A stretch of DNA of 64,000 nucleotides from Marsupella aquatica (Eukaryota; Plantae; Marchantiophyta): NCBI GenBank assembly GCA_973895155.1, contig OZ316894.1:18886805-18950804 (forward strand), written 5' to 3'. Below the pieces are notes generated by a model. It did no database searches, was not told where the DNA came from, and was given only the letters and a program-made list of their open reading frames with translations. The position numbers and the translations under genes were made by a program. The stretch's first letter is position 1, and the number at the start of each line of letters is the position of its first letter. Shown here piece by piece: positions 38,766 through 52,207 of this stretch.

Positions 38766-40649
38766 CACATGGGAGGCAATAACTATAGTACACACTTGTG
38801 CAAGGGTCAGTGTATAATTGTTTGTCATCAATTATAAGTTCAAAGTAAATGAAGGTAAAAGTCAAGGCATTTTGGTACACACATCTAAAAAGGGGAGAAA
38901 TGTTTGACCTCAGTTGTAATTTCAAAATCAATATAACATTACAAGTCATATTCTAGATTATCCTGACTAATTGCCATAACTTGCATTACCATAATGAAGT
39001 GCAAAGAAATTGTATGATTTGGTGATGTTCATATGAGTACTGATTTTTGAGTCATCAATGAATGGAATTTGGTTCAAAGGTCCGTGTATGAAAACCTTAG
39101 GAGAAGCACATCTAGTCCCATTAATCTTCCTGCAAAACATAATTGATTAAATGTTTTTCGCATCCAGAGCAAGAATGTAACAGCCCAAAAAGAGTGGGTT
39201 GGAAAAATAGGCCTGCAGTCAGGGAAATGGGGAGAAAATGAAACTCCAAGTAACTCAAGAAACCGGAAGGAAATTAAATTCAGGACTTGCTGGTGTTTGG
39301 TATGTGACGGGGTTCCCGTCACTGAAAACCTTCAATAATTGTTTACTGGGGTTGTGCCATGTAAATAACCATTGTGAATACCGATTTTTTTTGTTACTTC
39401 CTTCATTTTAAGTTGGTAATGCCCGGGGGGCTTAACTTACTCTTTTTAGGTTTACAGCGACCTAAGCGAGCACCTGTAGGATTTACCGTTTAACTTCGGC
39501 TATTTGTTTTAGACCCCAATAGCAAAGTCTAAGGAGACAAACTTTAAGTTGTATGGTCTAAGGGGGGTTTAAACAAATTAAAGGGGGAAACCCCTTGTAA
39601 ACAATGGGGGCCATAAGGGGCGCCTCTAGGGCTTGACACGTGGAATCTTGGGGGGCTAAGGAGGGAGCTCCGCGAGTAATAAGGAGGAGAAGGGCGTGAG
39701 CCAGGCCGACGCGCGTTGAAGGCCGGGAAGGACTAAAGAAGTGGGGGGGATTAAATCCCCCAAAAAGGAGCGCAGGAAGCCGGGGGGAAAGGCTAATTTT
39801 ACCCTCCCGGGAGGGGGCCAAACGGCAGCCGAGGAGGCAGGCAGCCGGGGCGAGCCGGGCTGCAGCCGGCGCCAGGAGGAGGAGGTCGTGGGGAGGGGGG
39901 GCAATTAAGATCCCGCAAGCCAGGCCCATATGAAAAAGGGCGAGTAAAGGAGGGGGGGTATTAAACCCTCCCGCGAGCACGGAGCAGGATTAACCAGGTG
40001 CGCCCTGCATAGGGCCGCGTGCACTTAATGGGGCCAGCCTTGGAGGGGGGGGGGGCGCACATTAACCCTCCTGGAAGGGAGCCAAAGCAAGTTGAGAGGA
40101 GGAGGAGGCCGCTTACCGTAGGGTGCTCCCGCGAGCGAGGCGCCCTGCATGGGGCTGCGGGAGGAAACAGGGGGGGCTTATGGAGGCCCCCAGAGAGAGG
40201 TACTGGGGGGGAGTAAATGCTCCCCGACTAGTGGGAGGCAGGTACTGGGTGCCGCGAGCGAGGGCAAGCCGGGAAGGAAACCGAGGCGCGGCGAGCGAGA
40301 AGCGGGGAATGGAGGCGAGGTGGCAGCTGCGTGTCCGCATGCACGCGCCCTGCATAGGGCCGCGAGCCGGGGCGCAAGGCGAGAGGGAAGCTGGGAGGAA
40401 AAGAAAGAAACAGGAAGGCTTTCCGTGTATGAGTCACTTTTTCCTCCCTTCTCTTTGCGCCCTCTGGAGAAGGATTGATTACCTTGGCCAGGGCAGAAGG
40501 ATTGATTACCTCCCCGGGGCCCGAAGAAGCGGGGTCATCCCTTACCACGGAAATCCACAGCATTGCCACTACCATCTTGGGGAAACTCACGGAGGTGCCA
40601 GTAGTGTCAGCAGGAATAGGAGGAAGACATCCAGGATGAGGAGTACACA

Positions 40650-42003
40650 TTGGAGTGGCTGGAATCTCTGGTGGGGAACCCACAGGAGCCCCTTGCTTAC
40701 GACATTCCAGAGGTCTATTTGGCGGAATTACGGGATTTTCGTGAAGGGGCCCATGAGGGGCTCAAGCTAGCCCACACATTGAGAGATGCGCTCAAGCAGG
40801 CCAACACAAGGGTGGAAACATTGCAGCAGGGTGCCACATCGATGAAGGAGGTGATCAAAGCTAAGGAGGAAGCCATACAAGAGGTGGAAAGCAAGATTGA
40901 GGGGTACCAAAAAGTGCAAAAAGGACTATGGATTAGCTCTCATAGTCCTCATTAAAAAAGGAGATTAGCAAGGAGTAAATTAAAGATTGACACACTTCCT
41001 CAAAGGTTGGACACACTTCCTCAAAGTTGGACACACTTCCTCAAAGTTTTGTACACTTCCTCAAAGATGGGCCACACTTCCAAAGATCTAGGTTAAATGA
41101 TAGCCTTTGATGTGCCAAAATAAGATCACAACCCTTGAGTGTAACACCCCCCTATTTATTGCATTCAAAGGAGTCTCAGGTCCTTTTGGTGGAGACATTG
41201 AAGATCCTTTTTTGGTACCCCTCAATCTTGCTTTCCACCAAGAGAAGGCCAAGCTTCTCCAGGCGGGTCAAGTGGAGATTTCTCACTTGAGGGGGGCCTT
41301 GTCTACTAAGGCCAAAGAAGCGGAGGAAGTTGGAGTGCTGAGAGAAGCATTGGCCAAAGAGAAACGGAACACGGGAGAAGTGGAAAGGTTAAGAGGCCAG
41401 ATTGCAGAACTACGGAGTCAGGTGGGGATCTTTGAGACTAGGGCCAAAAGGAGTGAGGCCTTGAGTCTGGGGAAGCGGAAGAGTCCCTGCCCACCTAGCT
41501 CCATGCTTTCCCCTGACCTGGTCTCCAAGGCCATTGAGATGGTGGTGAAGGAAGTAAGTGGGAAGTACGGTCCCCTCCTGGAAGCTGCCAAGAAGAATCA
41601 GGAGAAGAATAAGAGCTTGGAGAAAAAGCTCAAGGAGGTACGTAAGTCGTTACGGGAGGCCCAGGTCAATACGGGAACCTCGAGGATGCCGCCCAGATCT
41701 GTGACACCAGAGACTCCCATGGTCACCGGGCAGGTTTTACCGTTGGAGTTGCAATCTGGAGAGGAGGCTGCCTTGTGGAAGGATACCATCGGTGAGGGCT
41801 ATGTCAGGGCTTGGCAAGCCTTGGCGGCGTTGAGGAAGCAAGGGAGCACTAGTAGTGGGAGGAATACACCTGTGAAGAAGAAGAGAAGCAGATTAGTCTC
41901 CACTCCGATTGAGAGCGACAAAGAGACCAACTCACGGGGCTCAAGCCATGACACCGTGAGTGAGGAGCCGTACGGACTTGGTCGTATGACCTCTGGATTT
42001 TGA
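40650..42003 (+). pseudogene. Coiled-coil ORF (about 330 aa when reconstructed) inside the LTR-like element, split by an insertion
   Basis: ORFs 40650-40955 and 41107-42003 fuse in frame (KEEAIQE|KAKLLQAGQ) when 40884-41244 is removed. The product is rich in E/K/A/L heptads and has basic clusters (GKRKS, VKKKRSR). Confidence 0.65.
40884..41238. mobile_element. 355-bp TIR element with an internal 20-bp minisatellite
   Basis: Perfect 30-bp TIRs (GTGGAAAGCAAGATTGAGGGGTACCAAAAA) are flanked by a CAAGAG duplication (40878-40883 and 41239-41244). Five GACACACTTCCTCAAAG-type repeats lie at about 40990-41085. Confidence 0.85.
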
Positions 42004-42993
42004 AACTTTTTGGAAAGGTGCACTCACGGGCTTGTTGGAAAGAGCTCGCGAAGCTGATTCCAACAAGAGGCGGCGCTCCTCAAACGGAGCCAAGATGAGT
42101 AAGTTAGGGCCCAACGAAGTTGGTAAGTAAATGATACTGAAACGGCCATAAGTTGATCGTTCGACGTCCGTTTTGGGAGCGGTTTAGTGATTCATGATCA
42201 GGAGGAGTAGGGCTACCCAGGGGTGAGCTCAGAGGTGCAATCAGAGGGACGCCTAGTTTTGGCAATTGTGGGGTCTCTTGCAGGTTTGCGGTTCACGGAG
42301 CGTTGTTAGGGCGCCGTCGAAGGCACCGTCGGCCCCATCATTAGATTAGGGTTTTAGGAGCATGTGTGTGCCGCATGCTTTAGGATTAGGGATTTCTTTT
42401 GTGAAAGTTTTAGCAGGTTTTAGTGGCGCCGCTAGGGTAGCCGCCATCCTTGTGACCCCGTGAGGGGTGCTTTGGTGTGTTGTTTTGAGTATTTAGGGGG
42501 AGAGCCCCAGAGTAATGAGGGGGGAACTCAGTCTAGTGTTGGTCTTAGGGAAGTTAACTCATAGCCAGAAGGGGAAATCGAGCCAGAGTCAATGAATCGA
42601 TAAAAAATGGTTGCTTGAGACTTCAATTGAGTTTAAATAAGCTTCACCAATGGCCTCTATCACCCCAAGTGAAGAAATACCACTTGATGGTGAGATTACT
42701 GTGGAACGGGTGCAGATAGCTTAATAGAGTTAGAAGTGATTATGCTTTTGTAGTCAGTACAACATTTCTGCTTGGAGGCCATGTTCTCTGGTACCCTGCC
42801 TGTTGGTTACAAACTCTAGAATTTTTTTCTAATAAGGCAAGATTTACTGCTAGGATATGGCCTGAGGTCTAGAATGAATCCTCTAGACCAGAACTCTCGG
42901 GACACGCCATATGGAGCTACAGTCTAGAGTGAAACCTCTAGCCCATGACTCTGGGGACACACCTAAGGTTGGGGGTAGAATTGGAAACGGACA

Positions 42994-43099
42994 GTATGGT
43001 ACTCATGTCTATTTACAAGCAAAGCTCAAGAGTCCAAGCTAGTCGAGAGTATGGTGCTCATCGTCTATTTACATGCAAGCTCAGGAGTCCAAGCTAGTC
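42994..43099. repeat. Tandem duplication of about 55 bp
   Basis: GTATGGT.CTCAT.GTCTATTTACA.GCAA.GCTCA.GAGTCCAAGCTAGTC x2. Confidence 0.8.
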
Positions 43100-43569
43100 A
43101 CAAAGGCCTGATGACCTTACAGTGAGCAAAGTAGGCCGATATTCTCATAAAACTACGAAGTCAATCTAGGAAGTCCCCATCCATTGGTGACTCATCACAA
43201 TTATTAGTGCACAATCATACTGCCTAATGAGTAGTGACAATATCAAATGCCATTTCACAGTGATAAAACAGACTTTTACCTCGGCAGAGTAGTGTGGTGC
43301 ATTCCACAACTTTGTGTCAATTGACGTGCAGAACAGTGTCACTCCCACTCTTGGCTCTCTACTTCCATTTTTCCCACCGATGTGAAGAGGGCACACCTGC
43401 TTACCAAAGGTTTAGCTAGATCTTACCTTGAGCTGAAGAATCCACTAAATAATGTTTTCACACGGGTATCCAGGGAATCAATTCAACCTTTGTTTTCATC
43501 TCCTTACTAGCTTTTCATAACCCATGCTTTTGGCTTGGGCACAAGTCTCTTCATATTCAAATGAGTGAC

Positions 43570-46500
43570 TCAGTAGTTGCGAATTAGGATGTCCTGAGTC
43601 CCAAAATGATCATAGCCCCTCTGCTCTTCATAGGCTGACTCGGCCTGGGAGAAACACCAAATCTTCCGTATGTTAGGCAACGAATTGAACAGGTATAGTA
43701 GTAAGAAACCAATAGCAAGCACGAATGAGTACCGAAGTTTCTGGATGCCGTTCTGTACCATGGCTTTCTTCTTTCCATGAAAGGCGAATTCCAATTGTAA
43801 ACGAAGATTCAATTGCTATGGGCCAAATAAATGATGAGGGAAAATCCTTCTAAGCTATCAGAAAGGATTATATTCTGACTAATCGTAAGTCTTTCCTTTT
43901 TCTGAATAACTTCACCTTCAACTTCCAGATTTTATCATAACAAATTGAGTCAGAGTACCACAAATTGAGCAGTCTGACAATCTAACCACAACAGGTTGGA
44001 CACAAAATCCTTATAACCAGTAGACAGTAACTCGGAGAACCTGCGCCTCGGAACAGAGCCCAAAGAGTCTTACCTTCCGAATGGCTACAATAGCAGTGAC
44101 CAGCTTATCACCCAGCAACTCTCTCAGCACAGTGTCATGCTGTAGATTTTCGGTCGCTTCTTCTAGACTGGTTGGCAGCCGCGGAACTTCACCGATCTCA
44201 AGTTCGGAGGGGTTAACATCTGCAAGCCACAAAAATCGGCTCAGGACTTGGAACAATGCGGAAGATGGCCAGGAGAAAGAAAAAGACAAACCCAGTAAAG
44301 TTTCAGATCGCTAGTCCTTCAGCAAAGTGCGTCAAAAGTCGAAAGCATTGAGTAAAACAGAGAAGAAAGCAGTCACAACACAGATAGTCTTCAAGTTTTG
44401 TGATCGTTAGGCAAAATTGGGGTGACATACCAACAGGTTTAGGAAGTTCGAGCTTCCTTCTCAAACCATCAAGTCCAGCAGCAATAATGGCAGCCAAACC
44501 CAAGTGCGGATTGGCACAACCATCGAAAGACTTGAGCTCGAAGTTAGTAACAACGCCGCTTATGTTGTTCAAAACCGTTCGCATTGGTGCTTCCCGATTC
44601 TCCTGCCCCCAACAGTGATAGGCTCCGCTCCACATATTAGGCTGAATACGTCGATAGCTGAGAACGACAACAGGACGTTGGTAACTCTATTAAAAATCGA
44701 ATTCAGCCACCTGTTGTCCGTAGAACAGACCTGAAACAGGAAATCTGACCCACAAGAGATCCTTAACTGGATGGTAGTTACTTCAAATTTGGCAATGCTT
44801 AAATCATGATGGCCTTTGTTTCGTCAAAGCTGGTAATGATCGCCAACACAAGCTAATGGTTACTGTAGCAGAACGAGGACCCCTAGCAGTACGTCACGGA
44901 AAGTTGCTTCGAGAATCTCTTACCTAGCAGGATGTGGGGCAACGAAAGCAAGAACAGCGGGCAAGTGCTGAAGAAGGCCTGCCATGAAGTGGTTCCCGGT
45001 TTCAGATAATCCATAGTTGGAAGTTGAATAAGAGTCAGCACCGAATACGTTCTTCCCATCTCGCCACAGACTGACGTGGACGTGACTGCCGGTACCAAAA
45101 AGTGTATTCGCGTACTGAAGTCTGCATAGCAACATCGGACACAATCAGCTCCTGAAGTATATAAAGACACGTGCATTCTAGACGAGAAGGAATGCATTCG
45201 GTCAACTGGCTTTACTCACTTGGGTAAGAACGTTGCGATTAGATTTTGGGTGGAGGCTGCCGCAGTGATGGCTTCTCTTGCCAGCAATAATTTGTCTGCA
45301 ATTCTTGCAGCGGTGTCATAGGCAAGAGCAAACTCGAATTGCCCACCGCCCGCCTCGGCATGAAACTGATGCAATTAAAGAAGGCGCCTTCTTAGTAAGC
45401 ACGAAATTACCACAATCGAGAAATGTGATCTGAGCTATCATTCAAGAATCTGGAGGGCGTATGATCTCTGTCGGAAGGAGTGATGTCCTTAGAGGTACCT
45501 GTTCTATGGCGATGTCGAAGGTTTCCATCCAAGACAGAATTTTTTCGATTGTTGCCGAAGACTCGTTAAGAGCATTGCTCGAGCAGTAAGAAGTGCAGTC
45601 AACACCCTCATAATTACTAACTCTGCCATCGTCAGCAAAAGTAAACACACATATAAATGGACCGAACGATAAACATGGCAATCAACTGGAGATGCATAAA
45701 TTCCACTGGAAATCGTCAACAAAGCCGAAGTAGAATGTACCCGTGTATCTTTCTCAGAAGGTAAAACTCAGTCTCAAAGCCTGCTTTCAGTTCCTGAACA
45801 GGGCAAGGCATGTCTCAATTGAAAACCTGAGCCATATTTTCAGCCTCCAGCTGATGACCGTAGAATCGCTGAAAAGAACGTTCTAAGATCCTCCTACTTC
45901 AACCTTAGTTCTTGAAGGTCAATGGCTGGGTGCAGTTTTGTACCAATCCGAACTCTTTGCTCAGTAGATCGATGAGCCGGCGAAGGGTATTCCTGGGGCA
46001 GTACTCCCATGGCGTGCCAGGTTTCTTGCACATATCGACGAGTACCAGGCCGTGACCCCTACAGCCAAAGAGTTGGGAGTCAAGTCTATTGACGTAAGTC
46101 GTAAATGTATGTCTCGAGGGTCATGACAATGTTATTACTATTCACGTTTTGTGGGAAAACTAGAGACATAAATCGTCCAAGTCACTCCCTCCACTTCAAT
46201 GAAAAAGGACACATAGAGCTCTCATTGAAAGTCCTCAGTCGTAAGGGCAATATACCATTCAGGCACTTCGAATCCGGTAGTCTCATCAGGAATTAGTCGT
46301 ATCTCCCCAATAGCCGTCAGACCAGAACCGTCTGCAGGACCGTCGGACGTTGAAGACATCCCCATGCAGCATTGGGTTAACCCAACCCCATATTTTGCTA
46401 CCGTTGACTTGTATCTAGCAGTGGGAACAAGCTGTAGCATGCAACCAAATCATGAAAACATCTGAGAACATCAGGGCTGGATAGGAATAATCTGGTTGTG

Positions 46501-49500
46501 TCTATTAAAACGCACTATTTCATTTATGCATCAACGCTTGTAGAGCTGTATCTGATTCTGAAACCCATGGTAGGACTCTCTGATGAATTAGTTGCATTTA
46601 TTCACACATTTGAGTGACATACTCTGCAGCGCCTTTTCCCAGCTGCATCTCCCCAAAGGAGTCTCACATACTTGACATTATCAAGCCATGATGTTGGACG
46701 ATGTAATTTTCCAATTCCTGAAGTATCTCCTTTATGATGAAGGCTCTCCGTGACTTTCTTCTCAGCTTCCCTCTCAACTTTCTTCCGATCCGGCGTATCC
46801 ATTTCTTGATTGGAATGGAAACTCGACTCAGTCTCACTACTTTGTTCATTCAGCTTGTAGAAACGAAGGGAGTTTTTCCGCAAAACAGCCTCAGCAGCAC
46901 TAATGGCCTCATCAACTGATAAGTCTCCATCATCGTACGCTTCACAAAGAACTTGCGCGAGAATTGTCCGAGCCCATTTCGCTCCTACAGATTTCATCCC
47001 AAGCCAAGCACAAGTAACGATTGTGAGTCAACTTAAGTAGCATACAGGGTAGATCGAGAAGACAACATTTTCAAACCGAAATTCTGTACATCCAGTCTCA
47101 TGCTTTTCACCCTGGATTGTAATGCCAGGTGTATTTATCAACAACAGCTCCCCATTAGAGAAGCAAATTGCCATCATATGAAAGTTAATTGGTAAAGCAG
47201 ATGCTGTTGATGGCTTCCTAAGAATCTCTGACGGAAAGGCTTATGAGATACATACCTAGAAAATATGTCTCAGGGAAAGCATAGCCGTCTGTGCTGAACA
47301 TCACCTGGACACTTCCCCGACGGAGGATACCCATGAATACACAGTAGACAACCCAAGAGACAAAGAAAGAGATTGTTGAGCTCAAATGCATCTTTCTCGC
47401 TCTCAATGACGTGGACTGACAACCTCAGACGACCAAGCTACCTTATTGATGGGGGTGAGCTCCAGAAGCTCTGCAATTGCTGTTTTCATTCCCCGAACGG
47501 TGAGCTTGGGAATGGCGAGGCCAAAATCCAAAAAAACCTATACTCCACGCAAGGAATGGATACAACGAGTGAACAGCGTTAGTACAATTAGGAGTTCAGT
47601 AAAAGGGAAAGGAAGGAAAGACGAAAGCTAAACTTGCACGAAGGTAAGGACGAGAGACAGGGTGGCCCGAGAGGTGTTCAAGGTCTCATCCAAGCCCCAT
47701 CAACATCTGAATTCATCTTCAATTCTACTCATGATATTTGAAGGCAGATTGAATCCGGTGATAGCATTGACAAGGTATTAGAGCAGGAGAATGATCTAGA
47801 ATGGCTAATGATGAAGCAGGCCATTGCGAATGATTCATTTGTATCAGAAAAGGGAAAACGACCGAGGGAAGTCGTCAAGGTCAAGGTCAGGAAAAAACAA
47901 CGACTGCAGCGAAATAAATTGCCCAATAAACACCGTGCACTCTGCGGAGAAGTCTCCACTCTTCGTCGCATCGTATAAAGCAATATCTCACTTAACTCAA
48001 AACGCATAGAATTACCCAGAAGGTGAACTTGGAGATGGGAGGAACACAAACCCTTGCCCACTCGTGCTCTTCTCTTAACACTTACATAAGACAAATGAAA
48101 ACGAATAATTGCTAATGTAACAAACATCAACATGGTTACCACTAGGCTGTTTCATGTGAGCCACATTCACCTGAGGATAGACACTGGCGAGATATGTTGC
48201 TTCCCGCATATAAGGATACGAGGCATGTAGCAGTACCAAACGGGAAGTCGAGAATCGTTGGTCCTCCAAGATAGATCGAAGGTGAAGGGGATTAGCCAGT
48301 CGCAAATCCAAGTCTTTGTCACCAAATCTGAAAGGACATGACGGGCTTCATGAGGAAACGGATCCTACTTCCAAAGAACTTCACAAAAGACTGAGACCTT
48401 GGTAAAGGACAGAAACTATAAACCCCCTTGTCAGTAATCTTTCATACCCAGTGTGCAGCTGAACTGGAAGTTGATGAGAGGTGGCGAGCTCGAGCGCTTT
48501 AGTGAACAGCAGGTCTATGACGGCCTTATCTTGCAAACGTACAGGCTTTTTCATGGCTGCCACAAATTTCACAAATCAAGAATAATGTTCCTATTAGAAT
48601 CTCGGGTAATAGAATAGACTCTACGTTGCTCGAAATACGCTTACAAATTGTTTAATTTCAAAACATTTACGCATTTCTCGCTAAAGCTTTCAATCGAGTA
48701 CCTCACCAACTTAGAACGTGATTTCCGCAAATCAATTTCAGAAAAAAATCCAAATCAGAACAAGAGCACTGATACAGAGACATAACAGCGCAGTGAATTT
48801 GAAGTGACTTTTGAACACACGAACAAGCTCACCACACGAGCTTTTCTCGCTTCATATCTCACATTGACATCGGTTTCTTGTTCCTGATTCACAATTTGAT
48901 TTAACTGCGACCCGCAAAACCATAACCATCTGCCACGGACTCTGACCAATTCATGCGGGTGTTACTGACATTACTTACTCGCTGCTAGATTTATATCTTT
49001 CAAGAGGCCCTCCTCAGCATCCTGATCGGTGACTGTTGGGTCGATATCCAGGCCACTCCTATAAGCGGCGATGCTTTTGAAGCCCACAACACTTGATAAT
49101 TGTGTAAGGTCTTGAAAGTCAAGGGTGACAGCTCAGGATGTTGGTCCTAGGATAATAAGAATATAAATTGAAGCGAATTGAAGCAATGGTCGAGAGGCAC
49201 CGGCAAAAGGATATGATTTTAATGCACTTAGAAACTGCTCCTCCAAAACTTTGAAGTTCCAGTGTTTGAGGCCTCCTGGAGGATCCTACACAATACATCC
49301 ATCACCAGTAGACATAGAAATAAACATCCTGACCCCCATCAGGCCCCAAGGAAACAGATCTGAGCTACAGCACGAAAGTGGGGTATATGCTGATATGACG
49401 ATGGAACGCCACTTCTCGTTGTGTTCAATTTCCAGCGAGTGCACCGCAGATAATGAATGGGATATGCTTACAAGCTGTTACAGATTTGTTCATAGTGTTA

Positions 49501-50717
49501 TCGATTTGTTCAGAGCACATAGTCTACATCATTACACCAAGGACTCACTTGCTTCAGAAGCTCCTCGGCGACGTTCTCAATTCTCAGAATCCTGTGTACT
49601 TCCCTGACAGTACTTTTGTGCCACGATGTTGACATCATCTTGTCGAACGTAATCCCATCGTCCAAAAGAACTGTATCAATATTCGCAGCTTCGAAGCACT
49701 TTGAAGTGATGACGTTCAGCGCAAGTCTTTTACGATGTTCCTCGATACTCTCCAAGGAAGCATCAATCTCGTACAGCCCAGCAATGTCTTCCACACTTCT
49801 CTGAGAAATTGAGGAGAAATAGTTTTAGAGAAAGCAATTCACACCTACGTTCGCCACTTATGTGATGGATGGTCAACCAAGCTGATATAACGCGTGACGC
49901 AGATTCTGACTGGGAACTTCGTTATAACATACAATTGACAATGTCTAAGCCATTGAGTCCCAATTTGACGAAATCAGGTAACATACAGCTCCGTCGAAAA
50001 TCTGTTTAGGGCCCTCCACAACTTCGGATTGTCATTCTGGCCCTTGAGTAACACAACACCTTATTAACCAGACTAGGAAACATCCCTTTCCTCACAAATG
50101 CAGCCCGAAATTCATTACCCTGGTGTAGAAAACGTAGGACTAAAACAAACAAACAAAACAAAACAAAATGTCGGACTCGAGTTCTTGATGGTAATTTTTT
50201 GAGCCGTGCCCAATTTGCATAACTCCACAATGCCGTTGGCATTTTCTCTGTTCAAATTGCATAACTCCACAATGCCGTTGGCATTTTCTCTACCCATCAG
50301 AATCGGATAGTCCAGTCCATAACAAGCACGCTGAATTGCGGAACACAGAGGTTGTTGCAAAAATGTATTGCATAAATAAGACCCACTGGTACTGATCACA
50401 ATTCAACAATTGAGCCGTACATTGCTGCGCAAGATAGTTACTTTTAAATTGGCCTCCAAATTATCTAGCGAAGGCACATGGAGACCAGGCCCAGAACGAG
50501 AAAAGGCAACCGAATGGCAGGCAGGCACCTTGAATGGGATTGTGTGAGGAATATCCGCCAGCACGTCGTCCCCTGCTTCAGCAAACGCGTGCAGGAAGGA
50601 GAAGGACGAGTCAAGAGCCACCAGATTGTGGGCGTGCCCATCGACGAGCACCGTGTCCCTCGCAGCTGCCCGTATCCGCTCGTGGTCCACTTCCCCGACA
50701 ACCTTCTCCTGCCCCAT
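43570..50717 (-). CDS. NodGS: NodGS / FluG-like amidohydrolase-glutamine synthetase I-like fusion, 18 exons, about 889 aa
   Basis: Exons 50717-50529, 49800-49549, 49285-49215, 49103-48979, 48556-48448, 48327-48171, 47537-47442, 47304-47256, 46984-46623, 46431-46256, 46058-45944, 45793-45741, 45622-45499, 45365-45220, 45121-44924, 44657-44431, 44219-44074 and 43644-43570 (2670 nt, in phase). Motifs: DGHAHN, KSIAAYRSG, QLHTGFGD, LLHASYP, FSTDG, GFETEF, HAEAGGGQFE, GSHVHVS, WGQENREAP, FELKSFDGCANP. Confidence 0.95.
49104..49214 (-). other. U12-type (minor spliceosome) AT-AC intron in NodGS
   Basis: 5' site ATATCCTTTT, branch point CCCTTGAC at 49125-49118, 3' end AC. Splicing restores the frame LKS|QLSSVVGFKS. 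Confidence 0.9.
50212..50291. repeat. Tandem duplication of about 42 bp in NodGS intron 1
   Basis: TTGCATAACTCCACAATGCCGTTGGCATTTTCTCT x2. Confidence 0.9.
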
Positions 50718-52110
50718 GGCCCCCTTCCAGACGATCCCACACCGGCTGTCCCAACTGAGCCGATCAAAGCAGGAAGATGGCTGCAGTTCACTCACAAATT
50801 ATCTTCCCTTCGAGAAACCCTCGCGTTCAAGCGAACGTCAACTCACCTCACCTCGGCCAGCACTCATTCGTCTAAGACTTCATACGTACAATGAGAGAAC
50901 TAATCACGATAAGTTTTTGATCCAGATTCAATCATATAGTGACCTGCTCTATCAAAACCTTGCATCGAAGCTGAAGTCAAGTCAAGTCAAGTCAGCTCAG
51001 CTCAGCTCGACCAGCTCATCATACTCCTCCATGTCCAGGGGAGAGACTTCATCCCGAGACAATTCGATTCAGGATGAACATGTTCACCTTCTGCACTACA
51101 GAGCGCCTGCTGTGCTTTGAAAGGCCTGCCGTGCCGACCCTGGACGAAAACACATCGGCACCCTTTAGAGCTCTGCACCTTCCTACCTACCGATCCCGAG
51201 CTGGGTCAGGCTTTCAATGAGGGTGATGATGAGGACATCGTAGAGTTAGAGGAGGGAGAAATGCGAGGAGCAGGACGGTCTTCCACTCTTCCTGTTTGAT
51301 CGAGCAGACTGCAGCGAAAGAGAACCATTACTGGAGAAGAACTGAAGCTGTGTTTTGATCGAAGTGTCGATTTGTTCGCCCTGAAAGCCAATTGGACAGA
51401 ACACGAATGGACCGATTCAGCGCTCTCCTTCAATCTGGGAGAGGGGTCATATTATTGGCTCAAGATTCGAGGGGTACTAGATTAAAGGATTCCAGGGGGG
51501 ACGTTAGAGGATTCCAGGGGGGACTACTGTGCATTGTAATCTGTAAGGCTTTCCCAAATTCGTCATTGTAGCTAATGTCAGGATGGAGAAGATTCTAGGA
51601 AGATTCCTTGTCTGAATTTATCTTAGATTTCCCTAGATCTCCCTAGATCTAAGGATGACCGTTGGATTCAGGCTAATAGGGCTTGTGACTAGGTGGGAAA
51701 CTGACTAATAGCACACTGAAAACCTAGCCAATTTCCTTAGCCGAAAGTGGAAAAAATAAAATGGAGAGGTGGAATTTAGCAAATTTTGGGCACTGAAAAA
51801 AACAGTGATACAGTGGTCTTTGCCCTCCATAAGAGCAAACCATGGATACCAGTAGGGAATCCTGTTCTTCCCTTTTCCCATGAAGTTTGCATTTTTTGTA
51901 AGTGTGAACAGGCCAACAAACGTTTGCTATATAAGTACAATCCCTTGATAAGTGTACATGAATCCTTTTTGCTCCCATAGGATTCCTAAGCTCACATTGG
52001 GTTAGCGTGCTTTTAAGTAGGATGACACACATTAGAGTCGAATTGCTTGATTTTCATAAAAAGAGCATTTAGTTTGGGATCTCACCTGACTTTAAAAGTT
52101 TGAACGGTCT

Positions 52111-52207
52111 TCCCTGATACCCAGTGTATGTGTATTCTAGATACTTTAAATATGTGTCTTGCCTTTAAAAGTTTGAATGGAGATACACATACACTGGGTA
52201 TCAGGGA
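52111..52207. repeat. Perfect 25-bp inverted repeat with a 47-nt spacer
   Basis: TCCCTGATACCCAGTGTATGTGTAT (52111-52135) and ATACACATACACTGGGTATCAGGGA (52183-52207). Confidence 0.9.

Larger units (their letters stand above)
39305..42993. mobile_element. 3.7-kb solo LTR-like element (TG..CA, 5-bp TSD)
   Basis: Begins TGACGGGGTTCC and ends GGAAACGGACA, with GTATG directly repeated at 39300-39304 and 42994-42998. The interior is GC-rich, with a TATA-like CCTAAATAC on the minus strand near 42490. Confidence 0.75.
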
